Part shown: one piece after another, positions 37,998-47,568 of the stretch
How the letters are laid out: each line of letters starts with the position of its first letter
How positions within the stretch are numbered: position 1 is the first letter of the stretch
NCBI GenBank assembly: GCA_037131105.1
Contig: JBAXRQ010000001.1
Location: 322,039-386,038, forward strand
Reading direction: 5' to 3'
Source: a bacterium
GTDB lineage: Bacteria; Patescibacteriota; UBA1384; CAILIB01
DNA: 64,000 bases
Made by a program: the position numbers and the translations under genes
Notes under the pieces: generated by a model
What the model was told of the DNA's origin: nothing
Seen by the model: the letters and a program-made list of their open reading frames with translations, nothing else
Database searches by the model: none

Positions 37998-38138
37998 CTT
38001 AACACGAAGTATTAAGGTGGTTGGAGGCGAGATAAAAAGAGCAGTTTGTGAGCAGGGCCGTTTACGGTCATGATTGCAAACTGCTCTTTTTAGTGAGCCG
38101 ATGGCCCCTTAACACGAAGTACTAGGATGGTTGGAGGC
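37998..38138 (+). repeat. Two 31-bp direct repeats (110-bp period) resembling the rnpB 3' end, separated by a hairpin
   Basis: cttaacacgaagtattaaggtggttggaggc (37998-38028) and cttaacacgaagtactaggatggttggaggc (38108-38138), 28/31 identical. Confidence 0.8.
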
Positions 38139-38168
38139 AGCCTGGCGTATTTATGCTAGAGTAAAGCC

Positions 38169-39224
38169 ATGACTCAGAGCTCCCGCCAGACAACCGCCTT
38201 CTATGTTCTCTTCGGTCTCACCGCCTTGATGGCGCTGGTATTCCTGTGGAGTTACCTTCCGGCCGTGGTCCTGGCCTGTCTTCTCGCCCTGCTCTTCCAT
38301 CCCATGTATCGCAGGCTTATGGATGTCTGCAAGGGGAGGGACTGGCTGGCTATGCCGCTTACCTTCCTGGGCATCTTCCTTTCTTTCATCCTGCCCTTCG
38401 TCATTGCCGGGAGCCTGGCCGTTAGAGTGGTCATGGACTTCTCCAGGCGGTCAGAAGGCACTACCCTGGCTGACGGCCTCTCCCTGAACTGGCTGGTTGA
38501 AAGGGCCAACCTTGTCTTGGCTCAGATTCCGGGCCTTGATTACCAGGTCACTCCGGAGATGGTGACGGGGCAGCTGCAGGCCGCCGCCCACGCACTTTCC
38601 TCACACGCCCTCGATACTGTCAGGGGTGTCGGGGCGGCTGTGTTTGGGGTTATCCCGGTCATCTTCATCTGCATCTACTTCATTGCCGCCCTGCTCTCGA
38701 ACTACGGCACCATCGTAACCTTTCTGCATCGGCTGAGTCCTCTCGACAATGAGATAGACCGGCTCTACTTCAGGCGGGTGAGGGCGATGGCCCTGTCCAT
38801 GGTTAGGGGTACCTTCATCGTCGCGCTTATCCAGGGAACCCTTACCGGACTTCTATTGGCGGTGGCCGGTGTAAAATACTCTGCTTTCCTAGGTCTGCTT
38901 GCCACCATCGCCTCGATCATCCCGCTGGGTGCCGGCATTATCTCCATCCCCATCGGGCTGCTGCTTATCGCCTCCGGGAACATCTGGCAGGGAGTGCTGC
39001 AGATCGCCGGAAACCTTATCGTGGTATCGAATGTAGACAATGTCCTCCGGCCCCGACTGGTAAGCAAGGAGGCCAGCCTGCATCCGGCCCTGACCATACT
39101 GGGTCTGTTCGCCGGCCTGGCCAGCTTCGGCTTTCTTGGCGTAATCTACGGACCGGTACTGATGATCTTCTTCGCTACCACCATAGAGGTGTATATGACC
39201 CGATTCCGTCCTAAGACTGAGTAA
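38169..39224 (+). CDS. AI-2E (PerM) family transporter
   Basis: VALIQG, SIIPLG, DNVLRPRL, HP..TILG..AG...FG..G...GP. Confidence 0.92.
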   Translation: MTQSSRQTTAFYVLFGLTALMALVFLWSYLPAVVLACLLALLFHPMYRRLMDVCKGRDWLAMPLTFLGIFLSFILPFVIAGSLAVRVVMDFSRRSEGTTLADGLSLNWLVERANLVLAQIPGLDYQVTPEMVTGQLQAAAHALSSHALDTVRGVGAAVFGVIPVIFICIYFIAALLSNYGTIVTFLHRLSPLDNEIDRLYFRRVRAMALSMVRGTFIVALIQGTLTGLLLAVAGVKYSAFLGLLATIASIIPLGAGIISIPIGLLLIASGNIWQGVLQIAGNLIVVSNVDNVLRPRLVSKEASLHPALTILGLFAGLASFGFLGVIYGPVLMIFFATTIEVYMTRFRPKTE

Positions 39225-39328
39225 CCCTCTCAATTTCTTCTCGTCATTCTGGTAGTCAGACCATAGCAGTGCTTGTGGGATAACAAAAAATCACCCGAAG
39301 GTGATCTTTTGCTTCTCTCCAGGGGCTC

Positions 39329-40540
39329 CTACTGGTTTCCCGTATTCCCTGAAGAGTGGGCGATATCGAAGAGGGAAAGCTTGATCCCGCTCTGATTGGT
39401 TGAGCGGACAAAGCTGGTGAACACAGGGCTGTCAGGAGAAGTTATGATGGTGTCGCTGTTCCAATACGACCAGTCGGTGGCCTCGGTGACGCCGCTCTTG
39501 TCCTGGGCAAAGATATTGATGGTTACGCTGTAGCCGTTCTTCTTAAGCTTGTTGGCCTGGGCCAGGATGCCGTTCAGGATGTCGGCGCGCTTGGCTGGGG
39601 GCACCGTAATGGTGTTACTGGCATCCAGGGTGTACTTGCTGTGGAACGAGCCGGTGTTATACCAGATTTCCTTGGTACCCAAGCTGTCAGCGGCCTCAGA
39701 GGCAATGTCGTAGCCAAGATACTGGGCGGCGTCTACGATACCAGGACCGGTCTGCTTGGCATTCGGCAGCCAAGGGAATCCCTGGAGACCGAAGCTGGTC
39801 ACCAGTCCCTTGTCGATGCCCTTTACATACGGCAGTAGGCTGACGTACTCGCCATTTGCCCAGTTGAAGTCGCTGGAGTCATAGGTGGCTGAGTTCAGCA
39901 TTATGCTGGTACGAGTCTTGGGGAACTGGGCCCGTAGGGCGCGCAGGTAGATGTTGACGTCAGTGGCGTAGGTAGCCGGAGTGGCGCTTTGGTTGTTCCA
40001 ATACGGCAGGTTGGCCTCAGGGAACGGTACCCAGGTGCCCATATCAGCGTCGGTGAGGCCCTGGGCCTTTAGCTCGGCGAAGTAGGTCTGGATGAACGGA
40101 GTGTAAAAGCCGCTGCTGAACTCGGTGAAGTCTACCAGGCCCCAGTCGCTGCTTGGCTCGATGATGACCAGGGGATGTACTCCATGCTTCTTGAACTCCT
40201 TCAGCTTCGTAGCCATGATATCGGCTCGGTGCTTGGCGTCGACGGAGTCCTTGGGCATGTCACCAAAGATCATCATCTGGTCGGTTACGAACGAATGACA
40301 TACTTCCTGGTACTCAGCTAGCTTCTGTAGCTCAGGACTGCTGCTGGCACTCAGGCCTACGATAGGCTTCAGGTTACTGCAATCTCCGGTAACCTGTACT
40401 GAAGGCGAGCGGTGGATGAGTGAGGCCAGGGCAGGTGCCTGCAGGCGGATGTCGGTCATTGACTGCACCACGACTCCCACCGCGTAGGCGGAGGCTAGCA
40501 GGAAGAGGAGGCTGAAGATGAATACTTCTCGTGGTTTCAT
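39329..40540 (-). CDS. Membrane-anchored/secreted glycoside-hydrolase-like TIM barrel (GH26-like)
   Basis: N-terminal TM; PLVIIEP, FPEANLPYW, FGLQGFPW; start overlaps the GT2 stop. Confidence 0.5.
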   Translation of the reverse strand: MKPREVFIFSLLFLLASAYAVGVVVQSMTDIRLQAPALASLIHRSPSVQVTGDCSNLKPIVGLSASSSPELQKLAEYQEVCHSFVTDQMMIFGDMPKDSVDAKHRADIMATKLKEFKKHGVHPLVIIEPSSDWGLVDFTEFSSGFYTPFIQTYFAELKAQGLTDADMGTWVPFPEANLPYWNNQSATPATYATDVNIYLRALRAQFPKTRTSIMLNSATYDSSDFNWANGEYVSLLPYVKGIDKGLVTSFGLQGFPWLPNAKQTGPGIVDAAQYLGYDIASEAADSLGTKEIWYNTGSFHSKYTLDASNTITVPPAKRADILNGILAQANKLKKNGYSVTINIFAQDKSGVTEATDWSYWNSDTIITSPDSPVFTSFVRSTNQSGIKLSLFDIAHSSGNTGNQ

Positions 40541-41853
40541 GGGTGGGCAAGTGTGTGGGTGTGAGTGGGGACAGGCTCGGCGTCGGTATCGATACCGGTG
40601 CGGCTCCAGGACTGCCATTCGATCTCGTCGCCTCTGACCGTCATCAGGATGCTCTTGATAAGGGCCAGCCACTCCACCCAGACCAGGAAATAGAACAACG
40701 GCCAGGTGAATGGGAAGAGGAAGAGTATGCCGAGGTTGATCTTCTCATGGTCAAACAGGGCGATCACCAGATAGGTGGCGAAGATAAAGAGTATGCCCAA
40801 AGACAATGAAAGATAGTCGCCAGAGATGATGCTGTAGCTGAGCAGCAGGGTAAGGCCTACCGGCTCAAAGAGCAGCTGGCTTTCGGAAAGCAGGCAGAAT
40901 GGCAGTATGAACCAAGACAGAGCCCGGTTATGGCGTTTATCCAATGAGAAGAACATACGGCGGTAGCGTACGAAGGTGTCGAAGCGGCCCTTCTTCCAAC
41001 GCAGGCGCTGGTTCAGCAGACCCATTACGGTGCTGGCACCCTCGGTGTAGCAGATGACGTCCTCAGCATAGACCGAATGCAGGCCGTTGTACCGGGTCCG
41101 CAATGACATCTCGATGTCCTCGGTTTTGTTGGCCTCGTCAAAGAGTCCGAGCTGCTCGAATACCTTCTTCTTGCGGAAGGCAGCGCAGGCGCCTCCGAAG
41201 ATATACTCGGCGTTCATCACCGAGTGGGCGCGCTTGAAGTAGAAGCCGAAGAGGTACTCGAGGTTCTGGATGAAGCCCATCACAGAATGGTTGCGGCCTA
41301 CCTTGACGTTGCCGACGGCGACGTCGATCTTCTCATCCTCAAAGTAGGGCACCAGCCGGGCGATGGCCTTCCTGTGCAGGACTGAGTCGGCGTCCACGGT
41401 GACGACGATCTCACCCTTGGATGCGACGATACCCCGGTTCAGGGCGGTACCTTTGCCACCGTTTTCCTTATATACGTAATGCAGCTGGGCGGTAGGGTGC
41501 AGGTTGTGCCATTCGGCGCTCTTCATGAAGCGCTCGAACATCTCGTGGGAACGGTCGGTAGAGCCGTCGTTCACCACGATAATCTCAAGGTTTTGGTAGG
41601 TGCTGTTCAGTACTGAACGTACCGTACGCAGTAGGCCCACCTCTTCATTCCAGGCGGGAATAACCACCGAGACCATGGGGCGGTACGGGCGGCGCAGGCC
41701 GTTCTCAAGACGTTTGCCGGCCAGTCGTTCCTGACGAAGCGCCTCCTTCACCGCGTGGAAGGGGGCAAGGAGCAGGAACAGATAATACTTCACCAGCATT
41801 ATGGTGGCGAAGAATATGGTGATGTTCCTAAGAAGAAGGTAGTGTTCAGCCAT
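40537..41853 (-). CDS. Processive GT2 glycosyltransferase (PgaC/IcaA/cellulose-synthase-like)
   Basis: IPAWNEE, NDGSTD, GGKGTALN, DADS, TED, QRLRW; C-terminal TMs. Confidence 0.92.
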   Translation of the reverse strand: MAEHYLLLRNITIFFATIMLVKYYLFLLLAPFHAVKEALRQERLAGKRLENGLRRPYRPMVSVVIPAWNEEVGLLRTVRSVLNSTYQNLEIIVVNDGSTDRSHEMFERFMKSAEWHNLHPTAQLHYVYKENGGKGTALNRGIVASKGEIVVTVDADSVLHRKAIARLVPYFEDEKIDVAVGNVKVGRNHSVMGFIQNLEYLFGFYFKRAHSVMNAEYIFGGACAAFRKKKVFEQLGLFDEANKTEDIEMSLRTRYNGLHSVYAEDVICYTEGASTVMGLLNQRLRWKKGRFDTFVRYRRMFFSLDKRHNRALSWFILPFCLLSESQLLFEPVGLTLLLSYSIISGDYLSLSLGILFIFATYLVIALFDHEKINLGILFLFPFTWPLFYFLVWVEWLALIKSILMTVRGDEIEWQSWSRTGIDTDAEPVPTHTHTLAHP

Positions 41854-41856
41854 AAC

Positions 41857-42507
41857 TTACAGTTGGGTGTTCTGAAGGTTGACGAAGGTTGCAGTCACAT
41901 ACTGGATGCTCTTGTTATCGGAGCTGGTGATAGCCAATAGCAGGTCGGGAGTGGTGGTGTCAGGCAATATAAAGGAAGTGGTGGCCGGCAGCAGCTGGGT
42001 GTTGCTGATACGGAACATGTAGCGCCAGTCCCTGTCGGTATCCAGGAAGACATTGTCACCGACGGTCAGAGTACTGGGGTCGTTAATGGTCCTCCAGCCC
42101 TCACGCAGGTAGACCAGGGTATTGCCGATATTGCCACCCTTGGCGGGACTCAAGTAGGCGAACTGAGCGGTAGACTGCCGGGCCAGGTAGTGGCCGTTCT
42201 GGTAAATGGCGGGCACGACCTGTAAGCGGGTGCTGGTGGGAGTCAGTTTCAGGTAGAGCGGGTGGCCGAAGTTGCCTTCTCCGGAGTTCGGGTCCTTGAC
42301 GATCTGGGGGGAGGTGTTGCGGTCGATGATGTCCCGTACCGGTACGGGGGTAAGGGCTATGGCAAACGGGACCTCCTTGGTGAAGGCCAGCTCATAGCCG
42401 TTGATCATGATGAAGGTGGTGGCTGACAAAGAAAGGGTCATCAGCACGAAGTACTGAGTGGCCAGCCACAGGCTGCGCAGAACGCGCTTGGTCCTAGAAA
42501 TCGCCAT
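41857..42507 (-). CDS. Sortase-fold membrane protein lacking catalytic His/Cys
   Basis: N-terminal TM; P...GN..V, L.VGD.V.L, Y.F.I, LLLAIT in place of LTLITC. Confidence 0.5.
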   Translation of the reverse strand: MAISRTKRVLRSLWLATQYFVLMTLSLSATTFIMINGYELAFTKEVPFAIALTPVPVRDIIDRNTSPQIVKDPNSGEGNFGHPLYLKLTPTSTRLQVVPAIYQNGHYLARQSTAQFAYLSPAKGGNIGNTLVYLREGWRTINDPSTLTVGDNVFLDTDRDWRYMFRISNTQLLPATTSFILPDTTTPDLLLAITSSDNKSIQYVTATFVNLQNTQL

Positions 42508-42650
42508 GGTTCCTCCGGGTTCGGAAACCGATGTAGAAGGCCATGCCGTGCGCTATGACATTAGCAAGCAGAACGCTTGAAATGAAAGCGCAGTAAAACA
42601 GGATGAGAAGGTAGTAGGGACCGGATGAAATGCCTGTAAGCATGGGTACT

Positions 42651-42693
42651 TATTGTGATAGATCACAATAGGGTATCTTTACTGATTTGTCAA
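42651..42693 (-). promoter_or_regulatory. Promoter with overlapping 20-bp palindromic operator
   Basis: Minus strand TTGACA-17 bp-TATTGT; tattgtgat-ag-atcacaata (42651-42670) covers the -10 box. Confidence 0.6.
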
Positions 42694-42754
42694 TACAGGA
42701 GCCAATAAAATGCGGCCTGTCCTTGCTAGGGGCAGGCCGCGGGGTGCGTCGGGA

Positions 42755-43435
42755 CTACGTGAGTATCGGTCGGAGAATGCCATCCACCTGGCCGACCACG
42801 TACTCGATACCGTTGGCGCCTGGGATGAAGTGGTAGTCGGGGTGACCTTGCCAGGCCTCCCTGGTCAACATCTCGACCCGCTGCGCCTTTTCCAGATTCT
42901 CGTATCGCTTGTCATTGCCCTGGGCACTGAACAGCTCTGGTTTGGCAGTCGCTAATGACTCGAGATGGACTACCTTGTCGTAGGCTGCATACAGGATGCG
43001 GGTGGTGAGGCCTGAGAACCGAGCGGCAAGTTCATCGTGAAGTCCTGGCATGTAAACCATGGCATCGGCAGTGCCGCGGTCAGAAACAATCGCCCTAATA
43101 CCTCCCTTTAAAACGGCTTCGTCGTAGGCTTCCAGCTCACGCATGATCTGGGTAAGTAGCATGGCCGGCTGGAAGCGGCTGAGCCATCGGTCGATGAGCT
43201 CCTCTTGCGACGGGACGGCGGTCAGGCCTGATGTCAGAAAGAGGGTGGCAGTCTCGTCAAGTTGGGAGACTAGGCCGGGAAACTGCCTTGCCACGTATCC
43301 CATAACAGTACTTTTGCCGCCGTTCGGGCCGCCGACCAATCCTATGCGTAGCGGGCCGCCGGGAGGCTTCGCTGCAAGATACTCATCCAAGAGAGGATGG
43401 GAGAATGCGTCGCTGACCGGATTGTTGTTGTTCAT
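42755..43435 (-). CDS. AAA_28 / NadR-like P-loop kinase
   Basis: IGLVGGPNGGKST, ETAT, SDRGTAD, YDKVVHL; SD aaggag. Confidence 0.8.
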   Translation of the reverse strand: MNNNNPVSDAFSHPLLDEYLAAKPPGGPLRIGLVGGPNGGKSTVMGYVARQFPGLVSQLDETATLFLTSGLTAVPSQEELIDRWLSRFQPAMLLTQIMRELEAYDEAVLKGGIRAIVSDRGTADAMVYMPGLHDELAARFSGLTTRILYAAYDKVVHLESLATAKPELFSAQGNDKRYENLEKAQRVEMLTREAWQGHPDYHFIPGANGIEYVVGQVDGILRPILT

Positions 43436-43562
43436 CTGTCTTCGCTCCTTTGCAATCTGGACGTTCATGTCCAGGACCAAGGTATACCTTCCGGAGGAGG
43501 CCGTCCAGTCTGAGATCGACAAAAGGGGGTAATTTTGGTAGATTCGAAGGGCTACCAAACAG

Positions 43563-43637
43563 TGGGGAGTGGCCAAGTGGTAAGGCAGTGCCCTTTGAAG
43601 GCATGTATCGAAGGTTCGAATCCTTCCTCCCCAGCCA
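43563..43637 (+). tRNA. tRNA-Gln (TTG) with encoded CCA
   Basis: Acceptor tggggag/ctcccca, D arm gccaagtggtaaggc, anticodon arm gtgcc-ctTTGaa-ggcat, T loop ggttcgaatcc. Confidence 0.97.
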
Positions 43638-43677
43638 GAAAGAAGCGATAGAGCTCGTCCTCTATCGCTTCTTTCTG
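43637..43677. terminator. Terminator after tRNA-Gln
   Basis: agaaagaagcgatagag-ctcgtc-ctctatcgcttctttct. Confidence 0.85.
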
Positions 43678-43955
43678 TTTATGTAAGTAATGAATCGGAT
43701 TAATAAGGTCTGTTAAATCTAAAAGATTCCTGCTATTGATGACGACGACTTCCGGGTGTATGTGGCATTTCCACCTATCCCTCACGAAACCGTACGAAAG
43801 GGCGGCGGGCATTTTCTGGAAATCTACGATACCGTGGCCGGAGCCGATGACTGTCCGGTGCCCCTCGACGAATTTCAGGAACATCTCTAACTCATGTGCG
43901 AATGGGTTTGTTAGGGTCTGCAGTGTGCTCTATGCATGCTGCAGGCCTCACAAAG

Positions 43956-45710
43956 TTATGCGCTAGCCTTTCCTGTAAGACGGTTCAGGAATCGGTGTAT
44001 GAAGCCTCTCAGTAGGCCGAGATCTACGACTACATACAGTGCAAGTATTCCTACTGCCCACGGCAGGGAGGAGTCCTTTTCGGGTGTCTTGACCGTAACG
44101 GTGGCCGGGGAAGACAAAGCCTTTACCGTGGGCGCCGGCAGTTCGCTCGTGACCACTGCGATGCTGCGCGGGGTCGGACTAGGACTAGGAGCCGGAGTCG
44201 GGCTAGGCGTTGGGCTAGGACTGGGAGTCGGTGCAGCCTTTTTTGGGGTTGGCTTAGGGATGACACTTTGGGGGACCGTTGACGCCACGCCGTTAACCGG
44301 GGGCTTGGTAATGACCAGGGCGGGTGCTGGCGTGGCTTGGTTAGGGTCGGGGGTTGTGCCGAGCTCAGGCAGGTCAGAAGGGGCCTTGATCTGGGCAGGG
44401 ACGGCGGTAGGTGCCGTAGTCGGAGTCGCAGTAGGTGGTGGGGCTGGCGTCGTTGTAGGATTGACTGCGGCTAGGACGTCGATCTCGCCGCCATTTACCG
44501 AATGAGTACTGCCGTTCGTCGAATCGATGTAGGAGGTTATTGGGTCGGTGGAGCCGACGATCTTGCTTTTGACCTGAGCCGGGGAAAGCGATGGATTCTG
44601 AGAGAGTAGGAGGCCCGCCTCGCCAGCCACAAAGGGAGAGGCCATCGAGGTGCCGCTCAGGTAGGCGTACCCTTCTTTCTTATAGGTGCTGGCAATGCTC
44701 TCGCCGGGTGCTACCACGCTTACCCAGCTTCCGTAGTTTGAAAACGAAGAGAGCTGGCCGGTCTGTCCGGCTGAGGCTACCGAAATGACGCCCGGATAGG
44801 CTGCCGGGTAGATGGGTGAAGAAGAACCGCTATTGCCGGCCGCTGCTACCACGACTACATTGTGGCTGATGGCGTACTGGATGGCATCGGACATGATCTG
44901 GGTGCCTGTCGAAGAGCCAAGGCTGAGGTTAATGATCTGGGCGCCGTGATCTGTGGCATACAGGATGCCGGCCGCCACGGTGGAAGTAGTGCCGCTTCCG
45001 GAGGCGTCTAGTACTTTGACCGGCATAATCTTGCACTGCCAGCACACGCCGGCCACCCCAATGGAGTTGTTGCCATCCGCTGCGGCGATCCCGGCCACAT
45101 GGGTGCCATGGCCATTGTCATCGCTAGGATCCGAGGTACCTGCTACAAAGTTGTATCCTGTTGAAAGAAGGTTTGGGGTCAGGTCGGGATGGGTCATATC
45201 GGCGCCGGTATCAACGAAGGCAATGGTCACTGAAGGGCTGCCGGTATTCGTATTCCAGGTAGTATCCGCCTTGATCGCTGTCGGTCCCCATTGGATGGAG
45301 TAATACGGGTCGTTCGGCACGGTCATGGTGCTGACGGTCTGGTCTCGCTCGACGGATACGCCAGTTGCCCGTAGTTTGGTTTCAAAATCGGTGTCGCTTA
45401 TGCCGCTAGACGGCGGGTTTTCTACGATATCGGTATTGATGGAAGCAAGCTCGGTTTTCATTTTGACGCCAAGTTCGGCGTAGGCGTTCTCGAGAGCGGT
45501 TTTGCTTGTAGGCGTGTACTTAACTAGGAAGTGATGGGGTGCTGCCGTGGCTTCTGGGCTGCTTGTGATAGCAGGAGTTTGCTTGGTAACGGTGACAGAC
45601 GGCGAAACAAGGGCCTGATGAACCCCTAGTATTCCGACGATGGATCCTACGATGATCCCGAGGCACGTAATAAGCGCCAGCTTCTTACAATGTAACGCTT
45701 TAAGAGTCAT
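43956..45710 (-). CDS. S8 subtilisin/thermitase-like serine protease with Pro/Thr stalk and C-terminal TM anchor
   Basis: DTG, HGTHVAG, AAGN, GTSMASP catalytic motifs; PTPSP repeats; hydrophobic C-terminus with basic tail. Confidence 0.95.
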   Translation of the reverse strand: MTLKALHCKKLALITCLGIIVGSIVGILGVHQALVSPSVTVTKQTPAITSSPEATAAPHHFLVKYTPTSKTALENAYAELGVKMKTELASINTDIVENPPSSGISDTDFETKLRATGVSVERDQTVSTMTVPNDPYYSIQWGPTAIKADTTWNTNTGSPSVTIAFVDTGADMTHPDLTPNLLSTGYNFVAGTSDPSDDNGHGTHVAGIAAADGNNSIGVAGVCWQCKIMPVKVLDASGSGTTSTVAAGILYATDHGAQIINLSLGSSTGTQIMSDAIQYAISHNVVVVAAAGNSGSSSPIYPAAYPGVISVASAGQTGQLSSFSNYGSWVSVVAPGESIASTYKKEGYAYLSGTSMASPFVAGEAGLLLSQNPSLSPAQVKSKIVGSTDPITSYIDSTNGSTHSVNGGEIDVLAAVNPTTTPAPPPTATPTTAPTAVPAQIKAPSDLPELGTTPDPNQATPAPALVITKPPVNGVASTVPQSVIPKPTPKKAAPTPSPSPTPSPTPAPSPSPTPRSIAVVTSELPAPTVKALSSPATVTVKTPEKDSSLPWAVGILALYVVVDLGLLRGFIHRFLNRLTGKASA

Positions 45711-45760
45711 ATACTAGCAGTGTAATATAAAACCAGTACAAGTACCTACTAATCCAGGTT

Positions 45761-46414
45761 ATGAAATTTCTCCTCACCTCTTCGGGTATCAGTAATCGTG
45801 CTTTGCTTAATTCATTATTGAACCTGGCCGGAAAGCCGGTCAACCAACTTAAGGTGGTCTACATTCCCACAGCTGCTAACGTGGAGCCAGGTGACAAGGG
45901 TTGGCTGATCGATAACCTGCGCGACTTTCAGGAAGCGGGGTTCGAGTCTGTGGATATTATGGATATCGCTGCGGTACCGCTTGAGATCTGGAAACCTCGT
46001 TTAGAGGCTGCAGACATCCTGGTGATGGGAGGTGGCAATACGAGTTATCTCTTAGAACAAATTCATTCCTCTGGCCTTGCCGAAGTACTGCCTGAGCTTC
46101 TGAAGACGCGGGTATATCTGGGAACCAGTGCTGGTAGTATGGTGGTGGGCACGGATATGCCGGCCGAGGCCTTGGAAATGGTCTATCCTGACGAGTCAAC
46201 CAAGGGCGAAAAGGGCCTTAGGCTTGTGGACTTTTATATCCTGCCGCACTTTGGCTCCGAGTACTTTCCCGAGGTGCATGAGAAGAATGCACAAAAGGTG
46301 GCGGATATCTCAAGGCAGACGGTCTACCTCTTGGATGATCAGACGGGAATCGAAGTTAATGGCGATTCTATAACGGTAATCGGTGAAGGTACCTGTATCC
46401 GGTATGAAAGGTAA
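45761..46414 (+). CDS. Peptidase S51 (dipeptidase E-like)
   Basis: IPTA, GGGNT, GTSAG, PHF. Confidence 0.9.
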   Translation: MKFLLTSSGISNRALLNSLLNLAGKPVNQLKVVYIPTAANVEPGDKGWLIDNLRDFQEAGFESVDIMDIAAVPLEIWKPRLEAADILVMGGGNTSYLLEQIHSSGLAEVLPELLKTRVYLGTSAGSMVVGTDMPAEALEMVYPDESTKGEKGLRLVDFYILPHFGSEYFPEVHEKNAQKVADISRQTVYLLDDQTGIEVNGDSITVIGEGTCIRYER

Positions 46415-46495
46415 CCGTGTAGTTATTGTTTTTTCCAGCCTCCTCTTACCTGGTGTACGGCGGCAAGAAAAGGATCTTTATGATATGCTTATGCC

Positions 46496-46687
46496 ATGAC
46501 CAAAATACAGATTCTTCGTCGACAGAAGGCAGTAGCGGCAGCGGTCGGTTCGGTACGCGCTGAAGGCCTTAAGACAACAATAAAAACCCAGAAGCAGCTA
46601 AAAGAATACGCTGAGGGAAAGATTACTATTGCAAAACTACGCAGAGTTACTATTGATGATATAAAGGCAAAACAAAAAAAGAAGTAA
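46496..46687 (+). CDS. VbhA/FicA-type antitoxin
   Basis: GSVRAEG = (S/T)xxxE(G/N)-like inhibitory motif; Y.EGKIT; directly upstream of fic. Confidence 0.8.
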   Translation: MTKIQILRRQKAVAAAVGSVRAEGLKTTIKTQKQLKEYAEGKITIAKLRRVTIDDIKAKQKKK

Positions 46688-46697
46688 CCAAGAGCGT

Positions 46698-47330
46698 ATG
46701 CCATACGATGTCGATAATGATCCCTATATCGACAAGACAACAGGCATTCTTCGTAATCTCTTGGGTATAAAGACCCAGATAGTATTGGACGATGCTGAAG
46801 CGCAAATTACTGCAATAGAAATTACTGCCCTCACGAGTGGGGAGGGCTACCCGTATGATGAACCTTCGGTAGACTCATTGAAGGACATTCATAAGCAGCT
46901 TTTCAGGTATATTTACGTATGGGCTGGGTCGGTGAGAACTGTAGAACTAAGTAAGGGCGACACAAGCTTTGCTCGAGCTGTACATATTGAAAAGGCTATG
47001 GATGGTATTTTTACAGAACTAGAAAAAGAGGGCTATCTTGCAGGACTTAGTACTAATCTATTTGTGGAAAGGCTTGCTCACTACTATGGAGAGTTGATTG
47101 CACTTCATCCTTTTCGTGAAGGTAATGGCAGGACTATCCGTACCTTTTTGGCTATCTTAGCTGATAATAATGGGTGGCATATTGCTTGGGATGAAATGAA
47201 TTCGGAAGAAAATATTTCCGCATGTATTGCGGCGTACAAAGGAGATGAGACCCCATTGCGTAATATGTTGGAGAAGATTATCGCCCCCGTTGATGTATTT
47301 TGGGGCCGTGATCCCTATGAATTCATTTAG
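46698..47330 (+). CDS. Fic-domain toxin (class I FicT-like)
   Basis: DPY...G.LRN.LG, HKQLF..IY.WAG..R, HPFREGNGRTIR. Confidence 0.93.
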   Translation: MPYDVDNDPYIDKTTGILRNLLGIKTQIVLDDAEAQITAIEITALTSGEGYPYDEPSVDSLKDIHKQLFRYIYVWAGSVRTVELSKGDTSFARAVHIEKAMDGIFTELEKEGYLAGLSTNLFVERLAHYYGELIALHPFREGNGRTIRTFLAILADNNGWHIAWDEMNSEENISACIAAYKGDETPLRNMLEKIIAPVDVFWGRDPYEFI

Positions 47331-47568
47331 CCAATGCGGCTCATTTCCCCCAGCACAGCATTAGTCGGCGTATGTGCTACTCGATCTTTGTATCCCGGCA
47401 GGGGGAACATCACAAACAGATTGTGAAGGAAATGGATGAGTATCCCTAGATAGATGTCCCGGCTGAGCCACCTGATAAGGTCGAACACCGGTCCCGCCCG
47501 AAACCCCCCATAGACACTGGTATTCCAGGTTCGTCGCCAGCGGCCTATCAGAGGGTCTACATGTGAGC
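47327..47568 (-). pseudogene. Decayed partial copy of the CPBP protease gene at 52.4-52.9 kb
   Basis: Near-identical stretch to 52508-52676; CAG>TAG and TGG>TGA stops and a +1 insertion (ccccgg vs ccccg). Confidence 0.8.

Noticed and set aside
37998-38138. Mini CRISPR array
   Set aside because: Only two imperfect repeats, a 79-bp hairpin spacer, no cas genes, and the repeats resemble the rnpB 3' end
42651-42670. CRP/FNR site or dif site
   Set aside because: TGTGA-N4-TCACA spacing is not the N6 of CRP, and there is no XerC/D arm consensus; kept only as a generic operator
43552-43884. 110-aa minus-strand ORF
   Set aside because: Runs through the terminator and the tRNA; no SD or motif; at best a fragment
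44170-44235. DNA tandem repeat / contingency locus
   Set aside because: Degenerate codons for a Pro-Thr/Ser linker, not an exact nucleotide repeat
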